DNA of 64,000 nucleotides from an uncultured virus (IMG/VR IMGVR_UViG_2850949226_000002). Its lineage: Duplodnaviria; Heunggongvirae; Uroviricota; Caudoviricetes. Positions 1 through 9,165 of the stretch are shown here, piece by piece. The notes under the pieces were generated by a model. It saw only the letters and a list, made by a program, of their open reading frames with translations. It was not told where the DNA came from and did not search any database. The stretch lies in IMG/VR virus record IMGVR_UViG_2850949226_000002. The stretch is one strand, 5' to 3'. Within the stretch, counting starts at the first letter, position 1; every line of letters begins with the position of its first letter. The translations under genes were made by a program, and so were the position numbers.

Positions 1-960
1 ATGGCACGGCGGTCAAATAAGTTAGTAACCGATCAAGCATCGGACAAGCCCGAAATTGAATTGACGGATTTTGAGACGGCTTTTAATTCGTTTATACGCG
101 AATGTAAGCTGAAGAATTTATCGAAACACACCGTTAAGTATTATCGCGATGAATTACTCGCATTTCGTACGATGCTTGAACGGCAGGGAATTTCGACAAA
201 ACCCGGTGATATCACGCTGAAAATTATTAAGGAAAACGTTATAGTCTACATGATGGAAACGTTAAATCGAAAGGAAACTTCGATCAATACGCGACTGCGG
301 GCGATTCGGGCGTTCTTTAATTTCCTCGAAAAAGATCGTCAAATATACGAAAATCCAGTACGGGAACTTTCGCTCTTGAAGCAGAAGAAGGAAGTTGTAG
401 AAACGTTCTCACGCGACCAATTAAAGGTCTTACTGAGACAGCCGGACTTAGGGACATTTACTGGTTTTCGCGATTATACGATCATGCTCTTACTTATTGA
501 AACCGGTGTGCGGGTACGGGAGTTGACGGATATTTGCGTTAAGGATATTCGGTGGGAAGATTCGCAAATAAGGATCGATGGGAAGGGATATAAAGAGCGC
601 CTTGTACCGATACAAGCGACGATGAAACGCCAGTTAAGGAAATATATACAAATACGCGGAGACGTACCGAACGAAGCTTTGTTCGTTACGATAGATAATA
701 CTCCGTTGACAATTCGCCAGGTACAAAACCGTTTAAGAAAGTATGGACGAAAGGCAAATATTAAAAACGTTAGATGCTCGCCTCATACTTTCCGACACAC
801 CTTTGCGAAAATGTCCGTTCAAAATGGAGCCGATGTTTTTGCGCTTCAGGCAGTTTTAGGGCATACGAGCTTAGATATGGTTCGGAATTACGTTAATTTA
901 TTCAGCAGTGATGTTATGGATGCTCACAAGAAATTTAGCCCTGTGGAGAAATTGTTTTAA
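1..960 (+). CDS. int: Tyrosine recombinase/integrase
   Basis: Catalytic R (TGVRVREL), HTFRH, LGH and Y (VRNY) motifs; N-terminal SAM-like domain. Confidence 0.95.
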   Translation: MARRSNKLVTDQASDKPEIELTDFETAFNSFIRECKLKNLSKHTVKYYRDELLAFRTMLERQGISTKPGDITLKIIKENVIVYMMETLNRKETSINTRLRAIRAFFNFLEKDRQIYENPVRELSLLKQKKEVVETFSRDQLKVLLRQPDLGTFTGFRDYTIMLLLIETGVRVRELTDICVKDIRWEDSQIRIDGKGYKERLVPIQATMKRQLRKYIQIRGDVPNEALFVTIDNTPLTIRQVQNRLRKYGRKANIKNVRCSPHTFRHTFAKMSVQNGADVFALQAVLGHTSLDMVRNYVNLFSSDVMDAHKKFSPVEKLF

Positions 961-992
961 CCTCGTCTTTTTAGGCGGGGTTATTTTTTTTT
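959..992 (+). terminator. Intrinsic terminator after integrase
   Basis: aacctcgtct/aggcggggtt stem followed by a T9 tract. Confidence 0.8.
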
Positions 993-996
993 GTCT

Positions 997-1158
997 AAAA
1001 CGGTGTCCGATCCGGAAAGTTTATACGCAACTAATAATGAACGCAGAAAAACGTGTGCCAATCCGAAAGTGACTTCGCAGTTATTTATGACAGCGGAATT
1101 TTAAAAACGGTGTCCATTTCGGAAAGTTGTTGCGCAGTTATAAGTGAAGGCGGAAAAA
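997..1158 (+). repeat. Three degenerate tandem ~52-bp units, probable phage-specific promoters
   Basis: Units at about 997, 1048 and 1104 share TGT(C/G)C-N6-GAAAGT-N5-CGCA(G/A)(T/C)TA; a fourth copy lies at 25635-25665. Confidence 0.7.
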
Positions 1159-1170
1159 TTTCGAATTTAT

Positions 1171-1200
1171 TGTGCGGTTTTAAAAAGTCGCGGGTATTAT
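1171..1200 (+). promoter_or_regulatory. 30-bp conserved site, copy 1 (TGTGCGG...GTCGCGGGTATTAT)
   Basis: 28/30 identical to 12186-12215; both lie just upstream of an RBS. Confidence 0.75.
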
Positions 1201-1219
1201 CTTGTGAGGAGGTGGTTGG

Positions 1220-2149
1220 GTGACTCTAACGGAAAAGCAAGAACGTGCGTTGTGTGTCTTAGACGACCTGATCGATGAAGGAATAGACGTCACAAATCTA
1301 CGGCAGGAAATCCACTTGTCAAATACGTACTCGTACGATGCAGTGAGAACTCGATTACGTAGGGCGTTTGGAAGCGTAGAAAATGCACTTAGGGCGTACG
1401 GTCTTTACGATCAGACAGCGGAGCCGGAACGGCTTGAATTAGAGCGGTGCTTTTACATTGACCAGGACTACCGTGTCTCAGAGAATCGATATAAGTCCGA
1501 AGAATTAAAAGAGTTGTACGGAATTTCGGAAATTAAATTCCAACAATACAAAAAAGGTTTGCTTGAAAACCTCGAACGAGAAGCATTGGACATCTATGTT
1601 AGGGATACATTTCCTTACGGCTTGAAAAGAGACTACATCTATAAACATAAATTATGGCACGTCGAAAAATATTTACGCAACTTCTACGGTCATAGTGTTA
1701 GGAAACTTTGCGAAGAATGGGATTTTTCTTACGAACTGTTCAACGATTCATACTCATCTTTTTATATTACACAAGGGCATAAATTCGAGGATCTCGTCGG
1801 GGAGGTTTTGGATGCGATTTACCCCGGGCGCGTTGAATCACAGAGAAGAATCGAAAACTGTATTCCAGATTTTATTGTTAACGGAACACATTGGATTGAC
1901 GCTAAGCTTAGCGAAAAAACAGCATTTAATCGGGCTAGTAAGACTTTCTCTAAGTACCTCAAGCACACGGAAGATCTAACTATAATATATGCGCAAAAAT
2001 CCGATGGGGTATATAGCTTTCCGAACGTCACTCTTGTTCATATTTCACGATATATCCCTGAACTTATAAAGATACATCGAAGTGATTTAGTTGAAAAAAT
2101 TAACGCATTTTTATCCAATTTAAAAATTACTATTGAGAATGTTTCTTGA
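1220..2149 (+). CDS. Protein with C-terminal PD-(D/E)XK nuclease domain (homing-endonuclease-like)
   Basis: GHKFEDLV...IPDF...IDAK motif; RBS GAGGAGGT. Confidence 0.6.
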   Translation: MTLTEKQERALCVLDDLIDEGIDVTNLRQEIHLSNTYSYDAVRTRLRRAFGSVENALRAYGLYDQTAEPERLELERCFYIDQDYRVSENRYKSEELKELYGISEIKFQQYKKGLLENLEREALDIYVRDTFPYGLKRDYIYKHKLWHVEKYLRNFYGHSVRKLCEEWDFSYELFNDSYSSFYITQGHKFEDLVGEVLDAIYPGRVESQRRIENCIPDFIVNGTHWIDAKLSEKTAFNRASKTFSKYLKHTEDLTIIYAQKSDGVYSFPNVTLVHISRYIPELIKIHRSDLVEKINAFLSNLKITIENVS

Positions 2150-2165
2150 GATAGGAGGTATTCAC

Positions 2166-2540
2166 ATGACAAACGAAAAGCGACCGATTGATTTCCACGA
2201 CCACAGGTTCGTCCGCGTTACGAAAGCGGTCCTCGAAGACGAGACGTATTTAGATAAGCCGATACAGAAACTCGTATATTCGATCTTGTGTTTTTACGCA
2301 GACAACACGAGTAAGAAATCGCATCCAAGCGTACAGACTATCGCAGACAAATGTCGATGCTCTTCGAATACAGTTCGGGCAGCATTGCGTCGACTAAAGG
2401 AACTCGAATTAATCGATATTACCGAGCGCAAAACAGAGAACGGGCAGACGTCGAATGAGTATACGTTGTGGGAGCCGGCGGAGTGGTTTTACTCCGGCAC
2501 TTCAAAAAACGATAGTAACCCCCTTCATGACTTGAAGTGA
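2166..2540 (+). CDS. Short replication-initiator-like wHTH (HTH_36-type) protein
   Basis: KLVYSILC...PSVQTIA..CRCSSNTVRAALRRL..L..I...NGQTSNEY pattern of phage initiator N-domains; RBS GGAGGT; iterons at its 3' end. Confidence 0.75.
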   Translation: MTNEKRPIDFHDHRFVRVTKAVLEDETYLDKPIQKLVYSILCFYADNTSKKSHPSVQTIADKCRCSSNTVRAALRRLKELELIDITERKTENGQTSNEYTLWEPAEWFYSGTSKNDSNPLHDLK

Positions 2541-2700
2541 CCTACTTCACAGTTTGAAGACGAACTAAACTCATTTAACTATACTTATTTATCTAAACTA
2601 ATAATAGCGCTCATATACATTCGCGCGGACATTCTTAAATAAAAGATATATCGCGATAAAGGAACATCTGCAAGAGAGAGCGTATGCGAACGAATTGCTA
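2500..2700 (+). other. Origin-like module A (iterons, three AT-rich 14-mers, shared TATCGCGATAAAG core)
   Basis: CTTCA-N5-TGAAG at 2523 and 2545 (half site at 2500); 14-mers at 2563, 2577, 2591; core at 2649-2661; GAGCGTATGCGA at 2678. Confidence 0.65.
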
Positions 2701-2734
2701 GGTCTTATTAATAAACGGAAGGGATTGCGAAAGT

Positions 2735-3082
2735 ATGAACGATAAGACGATTCTCAAAGGTATGATCGAAATTTATCAAAACGAATTTATGTGCGGGTAC
2801 GACGGACCTGATAAGGATGAGCTGCGTATTATCTTCTTAGAGCTAATCGTACACGCTACGCAATATATTAACGACTTTAGGTACTGTAGTAACCCGAAAT
2901 GCCCGTGCAGTCCGGAGTTTGGCATCGGAAAGCTAATGCGCAATCACGGACAGAAAATAAATTCTGTGCTATTCGGCGGTGCGTTCGGACTGAGTGAAGT
3001 TCCGATGCGACCTATTCGCGACTTTCTCAATCAATTTAATAACGAAGGAGATGACGAAGTTGACGGAAGCACAAACGGATGA
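2735..3082 (+). CDS. Hypothetical protein
   Basis: ORF with RBS in the early operon. Confidence 0.7.
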   Translation: MNDKTILKGMIEIYQNEFMCGYDGPDKDELRIIFLELIVHATQYINDFRYCSNPKCPCSPEFGIGKLMRNHGQKINSVLFGGAFGLSEVPMRPIRDFLNQFNNEGDDEVDGSTNG

Positions 3083-3248
3083 CCTGAAGTCGACGATCGA
3101 ATTTTTACTCGAGAATATGGAACTAGTCGCCCACCAAGTCGAACTAAACGCGGTCCTGATGCGGAAAGGAAAAGACGCACTTATACGCGCAGGATTCACC
3201 GAAGACCAAGCGCTCGAAATTATCAAAGCGAGAGGAGCGATGTTGTAA
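3060..3248 (+). CDS. Hypothetical protein
   Basis: RBS GAAGGAG then TTG; stop overlaps next start. Confidence 0.65.
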   Translation: MTEAQTDDLKSTIEFLLENMELVAHQVELNAVLMRKGKDALIRAGFTEDQALEIIKARGAML

Positions 3249-3571
3249 TGACGATTAACATCACGCTATCCCCCGATTACAAACTCACGTCAGACGAACG
3301 CAATATCATCGTCAATGAACGCTATTTCACCGATCCAACGAAAGCGCCGAACTGGCCGAAGCGGCTAGCCGAAAATCCCGATCTTGATCCGTCACCGATC
3401 GCACGTTGGCGGGAGATCGCGTACTTCTCATCCGTTGATCGCGCAATCATGTTCGTCATGGATCGGCGTGTAAAACTATCGGACGCCAAGACGCTGGAAG
3501 AACTCGCACGAATTATACGGGAATTTCGCGGGGAATTAGCGGCTTTGTTGACGGTCGAGGGTAATCGGTAG
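3248..3571 (+). CDS. Hypothetical phage protein
   Basis: Translationally coupled ORF. Confidence 0.75.
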   Translation: MTINITLSPDYKLTSDERNIIVNERYFTDPTKAPNWPKRLAENPDLDPSPIARWREIAYFSSVDRAIMFVMDRRVKLSDAKTLEELARIIREFRGELAALLTVEGNR

Positions 3572-3745
3572 GGTAGACGATAAAACGGTGGAGAGGCGGC
3601 GATATTGTGGCGGATGGTACGAGATGAATCTCGGAGCTCACCGACGTACAGCGTTTGAAATTAGCCGAGATTGCGGAGGAAAACACCAAACGAAGCGAGG
3701 AAGGTCTGACGGTTATCAAAAAAGACGATGAGTGGAGGCGTTAAA

Positions 3746-4081
3746 ATGATCGTTCCAAAATTCGATATAGACCACATTATCAAGGTCGCTAAGGAACTCG
3801 GCATTGAGGTGCGGGAGGTTGCTCCGGGAGAGGGCGGCGTTTTTATCAAGGAGGAAGACGGATCAGAGCGTGAGTTGACGACGTTCGATCTGTTTCCGGA
3901 AACTAAAGAAATCGCAGACCTACGTTGTGCCCTTGCCGGATTGATTGCGGAAAACGAGCGGCTGAAGAAGGCGCTGAAATTAATTGAATCGAAGTCGGAG
4001 CTTCCCGAAGAACCAGTCGATTTAATACCGATTACTGAGCTATACGAAATAAATTTGCACGCAAAGGAGGCGTTAAAATGA
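3746..4081 (+). CDS. Hypothetical protein
   Basis: RBS GGAGGCG; contains a 59-bp repeat shared with the next gene. Confidence 0.75.
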   Translation: MIVPKFDIDHIIKVAKELGIEVREVAPGEGGVFIKEEDGSERELTTFDLFPETKEIADLRCALAGLIAENERLKKALKLIESKSELPEEPVDLIPITELYEINLHAKEALK

Positions 4082-4145
4082 CGGACGAAATCGCAAGCCT
4101 ACGCTGTGCCCTTGCCGGATTGATTGCGGAAAACGAGCGGCTGAA
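3908..4145 (+). repeat. 59-bp direct repeat (3908-3966 and 4087-4145) encoding EIA(D/S)LRCALAGLIAENERLK
   Basis: 56/59 nt identical by direct comparison. Confidence 0.9.
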
Positions 4146-4323
4146 ACGCACGATCGAAGAAGCGGAAGAACTAACGGCCGACCTCTACGTCAGGTCAGAG
4201 TGGCAGCCGTCAGAGCCGGGCGTGATCTCGATGAAACTTCCGGAGAATCTTTCGGCTGATCAGCGGCATATCGTCACCGCATTGCACGGACTACTAATGC
4301 ACGAATTAAAGGAGGGCGAATGA
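4078..4323 (+). CDS. Hypothetical protein
   Basis: RBS AAGGAGG; coupled to neighbours. Confidence 0.75.
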   Translation: MTDEIASLRCALAGLIAENERLKRTIEEAEELTADLYVRSEWQPSEPGVISMKLPENLSADQRHIVTALHGLLMHELKEGE

Positions 4324-4496
4324 TGAACGTTACAATCAGCCTTTTAGACGACGAAATCGAGAAGATTCTCCGAGACCACTTTGCGCAAAAAGGATTTCAC
4401 GTAAAGGGGTCGCAGATACAATCGGACGGAAGCGGCCTTATCCGATTCGATATACAACTGTATGCGTACGATATTCTCGCGAAGGAGGACGAATAG
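4320..4496 (+). CDS. Small hypothetical protein (58 aa, not in ORF track)
   Basis: MMNVTISLLDDEIEKIL...; RBS AAGGAGG; fills the operon gap. Confidence 0.7.
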   Translation: MMNVTISLLDDEIEKILRDHFAQKGFHVKGSQIQSDGSGLIRFDIQLYAYDILAKEDE

Positions 4497-4823
4497 TTGA
4501 GCGAAATTAAAAGGCCGGTAATTACGAAGGAGCAGGCGGATTCGATAGCGGCGTTTTTAGAGGTGGGGACAAAAGAAGAACTGCTGACTGCTAAAGTACA
4601 CTGTTGTCATTTCGGAGATGAATATTCCGGAATTAATACTATCGATATCATGACGCTCGCAGCCGCATTAATCAACGGGTACGAAGTCGAAAAGACACCG
4701 GAGGAGAAGGTGCGGGAGTACTACGAATCTCACGGAGGTTCACCTAGCGCAGAGGAACGGAAAGCGGCCATTCGCGAAACGTTATACAAACTAGGAATCA
4801 AAATCGAAGGGGTGAATTCGTGA
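4497..4823 (+). CDS. Hypothetical phage protein (DUF1642-like)
   Basis: LAAALINGYEVEK motif common in Bacillus phage proteins. Confidence 0.7.
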   Translation: MSEIKRPVITKEQADSIAAFLEVGTKEELLTAKVHCCHFGDEYSGINTIDIMTLAAALINGYEVEKTPEEKVREYYESHGGSPSAEERKAAIRETLYKLGIKIEGVNS

Positions 4824-5191
4824 TGACGAAAGACGACCTTGAAGCGATCAGACAGCGTGCTGAAGCGGCAACGGAGGGCTACTGGGGCGCAGATGATAGT
4901 GAGTGGCCGGGAAATGGAAATCTTCGGTATTGGATAAACACTCATTGGGACGGCGTTGCGGCGGCAGTAACGAAAGAAGACGCAGAGTTCATCGCAAACG
5001 CCCGCCAAGACATCCCGGCTCTGCTCGATCACATTGCGGAGATCGACCGAGAATTACGTAAAGCAGAGTTAATTATCGGTAGGGTCGAGGACTTGTTGAG
5101 CAGCATACAACATGGTACCGGTTACGAAGTATACGATGAAGTTTATCGCTTTATTTACGAAGAAGGTGACGAAGATGACGACGACAGATAA
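4820..5191 (+). CDS. Ead/Ea22-like protein
   Basis: RAEAATEG.W...DAEFIANARQDIPALL motif. Confidence 0.65.
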   Translation: MMTKDDLEAIRQRAEAATEGYWGADDSEWPGNGNLRYWINTHWDGVAAAVTKEDAEFIANARQDIPALLDHIAEIDRELRKAELIIGRVEDLLSSIQHGTGYEVYDEVYRFIYEEGDEDDDDR

Positions 5192-5558
5192 ACCGGTATC
5201 CAAGTGGAATGTGCGCGACTTCCAGGCGTACTTAAAAGCGGAGCATGAGCGGCTGTACGGCGTCCCTTACGTTCCGATGCCTACTCGCGAACCATGGAAG
5301 GCGGAAGCGGGAATGCTCGGGCGCTGGGTCGGAACGAAGCGGAAGCCGGGCGAATACGGGCCGGAAGCAACGAAGCGATTCATCGATCTGTGCTTTGCGG
5401 AATACAGGCCGACGGCAGAATGGCCGGGCATCAGCTTCGGATTTATGCAGACGTATATGGGACGGAATTTGCAGCGGGCAGTGGCGGAAATCAAGGCCGA
5501 AGCAGCAGCGCAACAAAGGCGGAAGCAGCAGGCGGAAATCGGCGACGACTTTTATTAA
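5175..5558 (+). CDS. Hypothetical protein, possible helicase-loader partner
   Basis: RBS GAAGGTG; position upstream of the loader gene; function is inference. Confidence 0.65.
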   Translation: MTTTDKPVSKWNVRDFQAYLKAEHERLYGVPYVPMPTREPWKAEAGMLGRWVGTKRKPGEYGPEATKRFIDLCFAEYRPTAEWPGISFGFMQTYMGRNLQRAVAEIKAEAAAQQRRKQQAEIGDDFY

Positions 5559-5574
5559 ACGGAGGGGTTATGAT

Positions 5575-6169
5575 ATGGAAAACGTTGAACAACGATATGA
5601 CATTGCGGTAGAAACAGCGCGAGATGCGATCGAGGAATTGCGGCTAGCTGCATACGCAAAAGGATACGAAGATGCGAGGCGTGAATTAATGGCGCAGGCA
5701 CCGGCTGAAAAGACCGCACAAGAACGCCGGGATGAAATCGTCGAGCAGGCGAAGGCGGATGTATCGGGTTTACTCAAAAGAGACATCGGACATGATCACG
5801 AATTCATCGTAAACACCGAAAAAAGAACCGTCGTGGTTTTGAGAAAGCTGAGAGGATGTACGAACATAGTCCGCAGGAGGAATCGCCAAGGCCGCACCGG
5901 ACGATTGCTTCAACGAACATATCGGAGAAGCCATCGCTCTCCATCGCGCACTTGGACTCGAAGTGCCTGACGAATATCTTAACGCACCGCAGCCGACTGA
6001 GGTTCGTGTGGGGGATGTTGTCGCTTACCGCGGATTCTATAAAACAATTGATTATGTGACTGTAGTTGCCGATGGTGAACCGACAGGGGGCGGAAGAGCT
6101 GCGCTTACATCTATTGCTGTCAAACACGGAAAAATCATCGACGACAGCCGGACGGGGGTGGGCGAATGA
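5575..6169 (+). pseudogene. Frameshifted conserved Bacillus phage protein
   Basis: MENVEQ...KRTVVVL frame shifts near 5872-5880 into GIAKAAPDDCFNEHIGEAIALHRALGLEVPDEYLNAPQP. Confidence 0.75.
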
Positions 6170-6312
6170 CATACGATCCAGCAAGAGTAACGACTGATCT
6201 CGATTTCGTCGAAGGTATGCTACACGTCGTAAAAGGGGATGAGTACACCGTATATCTCCTCGTAGACAAACACAACGGAAATATCCACGTAGTAAACGTA
6301 ATCGAGAACTAA
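6166..6312 (+). CDS. Small hypothetical protein (48 aa, not in ORF track)
   Basis: MTYDPARVTTDLDF...; ATGA overlap with upstream stop. Confidence 0.55.
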   Translation: MTYDPARVTTDLDFVEGMLHVVKGDEYTVYLLVDKHNGNIHVVNVIEN

Positions 6313-6330
6313 CGAAAGGAGTGAACGCCA

Positions 6331-7125
6331 TTGACTAACGAAAGAAACTGCGTCCTGGCTACCGGATGCAAAGCGGCCGGCACGTCCGCCTGTAACCGCC
6401 GATGCCCGCACTTCATCGCACTACACGGCGCGACAGGAAACGGCGGGCGGTCAGCGGCGGCAGGCTTACCGCGAGAATATCGACTGACAACGCTCGCCAA
6501 TTCGCCAGCCAGAGCGGATCAGCCAGCGATATATAAATCGGTTGAAAACTACGTCAAGACGTTCGAGCGTCAGTTTGAGCAGACGGAAGGCTACATCGAA
6601 CCGGCTGACCGTATCAAGTCGTTGTATCTCTTCAGCGCGAACTCTGGCACCGGAAAGACGACGACAGCGGCGGCAATCCTTAACGAATGGCTGCGCGTCC
6701 ATTACAGCGGATCTTTGCGGAGAGGTTTAACGCCGTCACTGCGTCCGGCCTATTTCCTCGATGTGAACGAATGGCAGACGGAATTCAACCTCGCAACCAT
6801 GACGAACGACGAGGACGGCCTGACGGAATTCAAACGGAAGATGACGCTGGCGATGACGGCTCCCTTTGCAGTACTGGATGACGTAGGGGTGCGGGATTGT
6901 ACGCCGGCATTTCGCGGCTATCTTCACGCAATAGTTAACGCAAGAGTGACGAATCAGTTACCGACTGTCTACACGAGCAACATTGCGATCGAACGGCTGC
7001 CGGACGTTTTCGGAGAGCAACGTCTGACGGACCGTATTCGTGACCTATGCCGCGTAATTGAATTCGAGGGCGAATCGAAAAGGGGGCTGCGGAGATGGAA
7101 ACGGACATCGCTTTCGGTGACCTAG
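6331..7125 (+). CDS. DnaC/DnaI-like helicase loader ATPase
   Basis: Cys/His N-terminus, GTGKTT Walker A, VLDDVG Walker B, YTSN, DRIR. Confidence 0.85.
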   Translation: MTNERNCVLATGCKAAGTSACNRRCPHFIALHGATGNGGRSAAAGLPREYRLTTLANSPARADQPAIYKSVENYVKTFERQFEQTEGYIEPADRIKSLYLFSANSGTGKTTTAAAILNEWLRVHYSGSLRRGLTPSLRPAYFLDVNEWQTEFNLATMTNDEDGLTEFKRKMTLAMTAPFAVLDDVGVRDCTPAFRGYLHAIVNARVTNQLPTVYTSNIAIERLPDVFGEQRLTDRIRDLCRVIEFEGESKRGLRRWKRTSLSVT

Positions 7126-7595
7126 TCGCAGTAGACGGATATCCTGACCGCATATTCTTCGTGGATGCGCGTCGGGACGTTGAGGAAACGGACGATACCG
7201 GCGTCTCTACTTACGTCGAGTTCGATCTGACAGACGCAATACATGGCGAATGGATTCTCGCTGATGCGAACGATATCCGCCTAGTCTGCCGCAGTCAGTT
7301 TGTTGACGAATATCTTGACGGAGTTGATTACGAAAACTATCCGGAGCCGGAGGGAACGGCGTTTCATTGGGCGGAATATCTTCCGGAATTACCGTATGCC
7401 GATACCGTAGCTAAGCTTAGCGAAGGAATTAAAAAGGCGTGGGATGATATGGCGAAAGACAAGGCGAAGAAAATTGATGATCTGCTCGACGAGTTAAACG
7501 ATTACAAGCGTTTGGAAGCGATGTGCGGCGATGAGGAATATAAGGCGAAGCAGGACGAGGCGAAGGCGAAATTAAAGCGGGAGGTCAAGCGGTGA
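7095..7595 (+). CDS. Hypothetical protein with C-terminal IDEAL-like helix
   Basis: KIDDLLDELNDY motif. Confidence 0.7.
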   Translation: METDIAFGDLVAVDGYPDRIFFVDARRDVEETDDTGVSTYVEFDLTDAIHGEWILADANDIRLVCRSQFVDEYLDGVDYENYPEPEGTAFHWAEYLPELPYADTVAKLSEGIKKAWDDMAKDKAKKIDDLLDELNDYKRLEAMCGDEEYKAKQDEAKAKLKREVKR

Positions 7596-7798
7596 TGTAC
7601 CGCCTACTCTATCCGTTAAAGTGGACGTTTGCTGCGCTAGATTGGGCGTTTTATTACATCGGTGTCGCTGCGGATTCCGTTTCGGATATGTTTGGGAATG
7701 CGGCTGACTTCTTCCGTATTCGAATAGAAATCGCAGAGCAGGCGAAAAGAGGCGTCCGAGTGATTTACGTTAAGAGAGTGAGGAGGGATCGCGGATGA
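7592..7798 (+). CDS. Hypothetical protein
   Basis: Coupled ORF with RBS GGGAGGT. Confidence 0.6.
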   Translation: MMYRLLYPLKWTFAALDWAFYYIGVAADSVSDMFGNAADFFRIRIEIAEQAKRGVRVIYVKRVRRDRG

Positions 7799-9144
7799 AC
7801 TACGGTGTTTTAATGCTATCGAAAGTAATCGAGCAGAACGATCCGAACGCGCTGCTGCGCTTTAATATTACCGCCGAGGACTTACCAACGGAAGGCGAAC
7901 GCAAAGCACTCCGATACATCACGGAATATGCGGAGAAACACGGAGGCCAGGCGCCGACGGCCGAGATGGTAACGCACGAGGTGCCGGATTTCGAGCCGAA
8001 TTTTGGTATCGAAGCTAGTTACGAGTTTATCGCGAAGAAATTGAAGAATTACGCGTCTTTGCGGGACTTTTCCGAAATTGTTAACGGTAGAGGAGACGGA
8101 GAAGAATCCGAATTTATAAAGCGGTGGGAGAGCGCGCAAGACAATCCGGAAGAATTTTTTTCTTGGTTGACGGAGCAAGCCGAAAGATTTAAAATTAGAA
8201 CAAACGTTCGTAGTTCGGTTGGTACCGACATCAAAAAGGATACCGACAAATTCAAAGCCGAATACGAAAACCGCAAGGCTGGCGAGTCTTTCCGGATCTG
8301 GCTCAGTAAATTCGACTTCATAAACCGGGCGATGGGCGGCTATGTTTCATCGAACGTATACGTTATTTACGGGAAGTCCGGCCGGGGAAAATCGGCCATT
8401 GCGTTGGAGGAAGCGATTAATTGCGCGATGCAGGGGGCGAACGTTCTGATTTGGTCGATGGAGATGGGATGGTATGAGGTTCTCGTCAGGCTTTACGTTT
8501 CCATTTCGGCAAGCATTGGCGTGACAAAAGCGAATCTTGATGGCGTCGATATTGAGGCCGGATTTAATTCGCGGGATGTTCGCCAGGGAAAGCTATCCGA
8601 CGAATTCGAATCCGGCTTTATGGAGTTCCTCGATAAGATGAACGAATTGATTCCGGGTAATATTATTGTCCGCGCGGTAGACGACGAAGACTTCGGCTCC
8701 CGGAAACTGCGGGATTTAAAAGCGGATATCCTCGAAACGAAAGCCGATGTCGTGCTAATCGACCCTTTTTACTACCTCGATTACGAAAAGAACACGTCAA
8801 AGACTGCGGGCGGAGACGCGGCCGAGACTTCGAAAAAACTCCGTCGTCTGGCCGGACAAACAAAAACGACTGTCTTTGCGTTGACGCAAGCGGAAGAAGG
8901 CGAAGGGAAAGACGCTGATTCCGAATTAAAGTTGCCGCAGCGTAAAGACGTCAAGAAAACAAAGGCTCTTCTCGAAGATGCTGCGCTATTGATTGCGGTG
9001 GATACGAACGCAGAGGAAGGTCGGGGCCTGATCGGTCTGAACAAAGGCCGGGATGGCGGCGAAGGTCAGCGCGCAGAGATCGTTTATTTGCCGCAGTTTG
9101 GCGTCATTAAGCAGCTAGGGGGAGCGGATCAGTTCGATTTCTAA
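7795..9144 (+). CDS. DnaB-like replicative helicase
   Basis: GKSGRGKS Walker A, SMEM, LIDP, ALTQ and KGRDG motifs. Confidence 0.9.
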   Translation: MNYGVLMLSKVIEQNDPNALLRFNITAEDLPTEGERKALRYITEYAEKHGGQAPTAEMVTHEVPDFEPNFGIEASYEFIAKKLKNYASLRDFSEIVNGRGDGEESEFIKRWESAQDNPEEFFSWLTEQAERFKIRTNVRSSVGTDIKKDTDKFKAEYENRKAGESFRIWLSKFDFINRAMGGYVSSNVYVIYGKSGRGKSAIALEEAINCAMQGANVLIWSMEMGWYEVLVRLYVSISASIGVTKANLDGVDIEAGFNSRDVRQGKLSDEFESGFMEFLDKMNELIPGNIIVRAVDDEDFGSRKLRDLKADILETKADVVLIDPFYYLDYEKNTSKTAGGDAAETSKKLRRLAGQTKTTVFALTQAEEGEGKDADSELKLPQRKDVKKTKALLEDAALLIAVDTNAEEGRGLIGLNKGRDGGEGQRAEIVYLPQFGVIKQLGGADQFDF

Positions 9145-9165
9145 GACGAAAGGAGTGAGACGAAA

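Noticed and set aside
141..153. TTATCGCGATGAA as a fourth origin core
   Set aside because: It mismatches the 13-mer, lies inside the integrase CDS and has no iterons or flanking motifs
997..1158. Tandem repeats as a CRISPR array
   Set aside because: Units are degenerate along their whole length, have no unique spacers, and there is no cas operon
1177..1197. SigB promoter (GTTTTA...GGGTAT)
   Set aside because: The spacer is only 9 nt, too short for SigB
5245..5574. N-terminal part of the 241-aa ORF
   Set aside because: It overlaps the 5175-5558 gene out of frame; the RBS supports a start at 5575
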